From the NCBI GenBank assembly GCA_964016885.1, contig CAXHJY010001564.1:1-17138 (forward strand): a DNA stretch of 17,138 nt. The letters run 5' to 3'. Below are positions 13,630 through 17,138 of this stretch, one piece after another (the stretch's first letter is position 1; each line of letters starts with the position of its first letter). Origin of the DNA: Eledone cirrhosa (lineage: Eukaryota). The position numbers and the translations under genes are program-made. The notes beneath the pieces are model-generated. The model was not told where the DNA came from. It did not search any database and saw only the letters and a program-made list of their open reading frames with translations.

Positions 13630-14858
13630 CTCTACTTGGCATTTGTCGACCTTGAGAAAGCCTTTGACAGAGTTCCACGTGCTGTAATCTGGTGGGCTAT
13701 AAGAAATCTAGGACTAGATGAATGGCTTGTGAAAGCGGTGTATAGGGGAGCAGTCAGCAAAGTTAGGATTAGCGAGGAATTTAGCGTACAGGTTGGGGTC
13801 CACCAGGGCTCTGTTCTTAGCCCCCTCCTGTTCATCATAGTCCTGCAGGCAATAAAAGAGGAGTTTAAGACCGGATGCCCATGGGAACTCCTGTATGCTG
13901 ATGACCTCGCACTCATAGCTGAATCTATGGTAGAACTAGAGAATAAATTCCAAACTTGGAAGCAGGGACTAGAAAGAAAGGGTCTCAAAGTCAACATGAC
14001 AAAGACTAAGGTCCTTGTAAGTAGACGAGAAAACAGAACCCAGATCCCCTCAGGGAAATGGCCTTGCTCAGTATGTAGGAAAGGTGTAGGTAGGAACTCC
14101 ATTCTCTGCCCCAAATGCAAACAATGGGTACACAAGAGATGTAGCGGGATCTCAGGAAGCTTAATTAAGAATGTAGGCTTCACATGCAGCAGCTGTGCTG
14201 AGACAGCAAGCAGCAAACAGCCACAGGAAACAAGTACCACCAATCTCTGGGAGGGTTCTGTAGAAACAGTAGACAGCTTCTGCTACCTAGGTGACCGAAT
14301 TAGCAGCGGAGGTGGGTGTTCAGAAAGTACAATAACTAGGGTAAGAACGGGATGGAAGAAGTTTAGGGAACTACTACCACTGCTAGCTGCAAAAGGCTTC
14401 TCCCTCAAAATGAAAGGCAGACTTATGATGCGTGTATCCGAACAACAATGTTGCATGGTAGTGAGACCTGGACGCTGAAGGTGGAAGACTTACGTAGATT
14501 AGAGAGAAACGAAGCCTGCATGCTCCGATGGATGTGTAATAGTAATATACGTGAACGACAAAGCATAAATGAATTGAGAGAGAGACTGAGCATAAGAGGA
14601 ATCAAATGCTGTGTGCAGGAGAAGCGGTTGCGCTGGTATGGACATGTGATGCGTATAAAGGATGACAGCTGCATAAAAAGGTGCAGAGCACTAGAAGTTG
14701 ATGGAAACCGCGGAGTGGGGAGACCCAAGGTGACCTGGGATGAGGTGATAAAAGCCGAACTTACCCAATTACACCTCTCAAAGGCAATGACACACGACCG
14801 TGACTTCTGGCGTCACGCAGTAATACAGAGTACCCGACCTCCCATGGGTACAAGCTGA
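13630..14858 (+). pseudogene. RTE reverse transcriptase ORF, frameshifted
   Basis: ORFs 13636..14478 and 14448..14858 are joined by an apparent 1 bp deletion near 14424 (GRL-YDAC in family A versus GRL-MMRV here). Confidence 0.9.
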
Positions 14859-15153
14859 AGCATATAGACAATATGCCCCCACACACCCCACCACAAGGTG
14901 GTCGTGGAGGTGCCACGGCAAAAAAGCACCCAGCCCACACTGTAAAGTGGACGTGTAGGCGCCACGAAAAAGCAACCAGCACTCACTGTAAATGAGGTTG
15001 GTGTTAGGAAGGGCATCCAGCTGTAGAAATCAAGCCAAATCAGTTCCTGTATGAGCAAGGCATGGTTAGCCGACCAGGCACTGCCCACAACAGGACAACC
15101 CGTCTAACCCATACTAGCGTGGAAGAACGGACGTAAAACGGTGATGATGATGA
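13630..15153 (+). mobile_element. 5'-truncated RTE-clade LINE (family B) with ~300 bp 3' region and (ATG)n tail
   Basis: RT motifs [30 protein letters not shown] (13894-13905) and VDSFCYLG, then the C-terminal RLRWYGHVMR and GRPKVTW. Ends cggacgtaaaacgg(tga)n and then TA repeat. Confidence 0.93.
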
Positions 15154-15155
15154 CA

Positions 15156-15227
<72 letters not shown>

Positions 15228-15241
15228 CATATATGTATATA

Positions 15242-15281
<40 letters not shown>

Positions 15282-15290
15282 TATATAGAT
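15154..15290. repeat. (TA)n microsatellite
   Basis: Direct reading of the sequence. Confidence 0.95.
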
Positions 15291-15308
15291 ATCATCATCA
15301 TCACCGTT

Positions 15309-15663
15309 GGAGGCACATGGCTTAGTGGTTAGAGCATTGGCCTTGCAATCGAAAGGTTGTGAGTTCAATTCTCAGACCGGGTGATGTGTTGTTTCCTTGA
15401 GCAAGAAACTTTATTTCACATTGCTCCAGTTTACTCAGCTGTAGAAATGAGATGATAGGGACTGAGATCCATATCATTCCACTGCAAACTGGTCGTGGAG
15501 GTGCCACGGCAAAAAAGCACCCAGAACTCACTGTAAATGAGGTTGGTGTTAGGAAGGGCATCCAGCTGTAGAAATCAAGCCAGAAACAGTTCCCGTCCCA
15601 CCCTTGCAAGCAGAGAAAAAAGCGGACGTAAAATGAAATGATGATGATGATGATGATGATGAT
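15309..15663 (+). mobile_element. tRNA-derived SINE with RTE-derived 3' end
   Basis: A box TGGCTTAGTGG (15318-15328), B box GTTCAATTC (15363-15371), CORE/Meta-like body (tccttgagcaagaaact), a ggaagggcatcc domain, a 3' end matching LINE family A, and an (ATG)n tail. Confidence 0.88.
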
Positions 15664-15713
15664 ACATATACATATATATATATATATATATATAAATGAT
15701 GATGATGATGATG

Positions 15714-15751
<38 letters not shown>

Positions 15752-16269
15752 GTGAGGTTTTTTTTTACAAAATGAAAAATAACCGAAGTGTCTACAAAAA
15801 TCAATCAATGAAACCTCTGCAAAGAAGACAAAATTGAATTGAGACAAAACATTTGGGTGAGGAATGGTACCACAATTGGTTTTATTGATGAGTGTTGTAG
15901 TATTATCTATAGGACAAAACAATCATTAGATTAACTTAACTCTCAGGGAGATTTAGCAAGATACAGTGTGACAAGATGCAGTTTGAATTGCAGGTACAGT
16001 TCAGCTCTCAGGCTTCTTCCAAACAGTTTTCATCTTATCAATCTCACAAGTCTTGGTTCTACTCAAGGTTATGATAATAGAAGTTTACTCAAAATGCTAT
16101 GTTCATATATACAGTACTTATTTTATTGAATTTAGTGGAGATATGGTGTAGAGGTGGCATTGTTGAACTTTGTATATAGCTTCTAGAGAGACAAAATTTA
16201 GCACGGCAAAGCATTTAATCTGTTTCTCTTTACTTACCACTGTTACAAGTAAGTAATATAATAGCATAA

Positions 16270-16579
16270 TGCCCCATTTGGTCATGGAAAACCATGGAAT
16301 TTGCACCAAGAATGTTTCCCTCTGAGGCACAAGACTGGACAATGTTGTTTGTCGAAAACCAGCAGTCTCCCATGCATACCAGTCTCTCTGCTCCATGCCA
16401 ACGATGTTGTCCAAGGGAAAGGCAAAAGCTGGTACAGCTTGGCACCAGTAATTTCTACAGCGGAATTAACTGGAGCAACGTGAAATGAAGTGTCTTGCTC
16501 AAAGACACAATGCATCACCCAGTCTGGGAATTGAACTCAACTTACAATTGCGAGTTAACTACCAAGCCATGTGCCTTCA
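16270..16579 (-). mobile_element. tRNA-derived SINE, related head/body but different 3' part
   Basis: Minus strand gaaggcacatggcttggtagtt...gagttcaattcccagactgggtgatg...tttgagcaagacacttcatttcacgttgctccagt...gctgtagaaat aligns with 15309-15450. The 3' boundary is approximate. Confidence 0.8.
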
Positions 16580-16701
16580 CAATAGAATAGTATATTATTG
16601 TATATTTATGGGAGTGCGATATAAATCTCTATTATGTATTGTTTTGAGGGTTAAGCATAATTGTCTGATCTTTAGGTTAATCACAACTTGTTTTTCTTTG
16701 A

Positions 16702-16711
16702 TGTATATGTG

Positions 16712-16778
<67 letters not shown>
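16702..16778. repeat. (TA)n microsatellite
   Basis: Direct reading of the sequence. Confidence 0.95.
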
Positions 16779-16782
<4 letters not shown>

Positions 16783-16855
16783 ATATGGGTGAGAAGAATA
16801 CTGCTGGTTGCATATATATATTAATAAATGGAAACTATATTTATAAAACCATATT

Positions 16856-16920
16856 TATTTCATTATACATATTTCAGGGATACCACATTAAATTATGGTA
16901 TGCCTTCATCAGACAAAATA
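16856..16920 (-). ncRNA. Type I hammerhead ribozyme
   Basis: Minus strand reads tattttgt-CTGATGA-aggcatacca taatttaatg tggtatccct-GAAA-tatgta-TA-atgaaata. Stem I is 8 bp with two G-U pairs. AATAAA overlaps the 3' end, and a TA tract starts ~78 bp downstream. Confidence 0.78.
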
Positions 16921-17044
16921 CAATATATAACAGTTTTACAAATAGCTTTGACGTACCCTTTTAAAGTGCAACCATTACTTTTGGAGGCTGTCTGGATAGT
17001 GATTTGTTTATATTATTTTAATAAGTCATCGTATTAAGCACAAT

Positions 17045-17138
17045 TAGAAAAAGACGGAGATAAAGAAAAAAACGGAGAGAAAGAAAAAAAAAAGAAAAAG
17101 AAAAAAGATGGAGAGAGAGAAAGAAAGACGGAGAGAGA
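17045..17138. repeat. GA/A-rich polypurine tract
   Basis: Direct reading of the sequence. Confidence 0.85.

Noticed and set aside
15309-15380. tRNA gene
   Set aside because: A and B boxes are present, but there is no clean cloverleaf and the sequence continues into a SINE body and tail.
15940-16110. Possible degenerate SINE fragments
   Set aside because: The resemblance is from memory only and too decayed to support or delimit.

Overview
Eukaryotic, repeat-saturated intergenic or intronic DNA with no recognisable host gene. The repeat content resembles coleoid cephalopod (octopus-like) DNA, which is an inference. Roughly half of the window is (TA)n/(TATG)n microsatellite, and the many YIYI ORFs are artefacts of it. 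The TA tracts are interrupted by retroelement insertions. (i) 5'-truncated RTE-clade LINEs with (ATG)n tails, two of which show a PHD-like C4HC3 finger inside the RT. (ii) A 5'-truncated Naiad-type Penelope-like element (PLE) with RT thumb and GIY-YIG endonuclease. (iii) tRNA-derived SINEs that share sequence with the LINEs. (iv) Eight type I hammerhead ribozyme (HHR) motifs from about six unrelated sequence families, read by eye. Two families have very long stem II, and one motif is decayed. Four of the HHRs lie in two ~750-800 bp fold-back palindromes. These are unrelated in sequence but share one architecture: outward-facing HHRs, a one-sided ~100 bp extension, and the junction motif TCCGGAG-N3-TG|TA.
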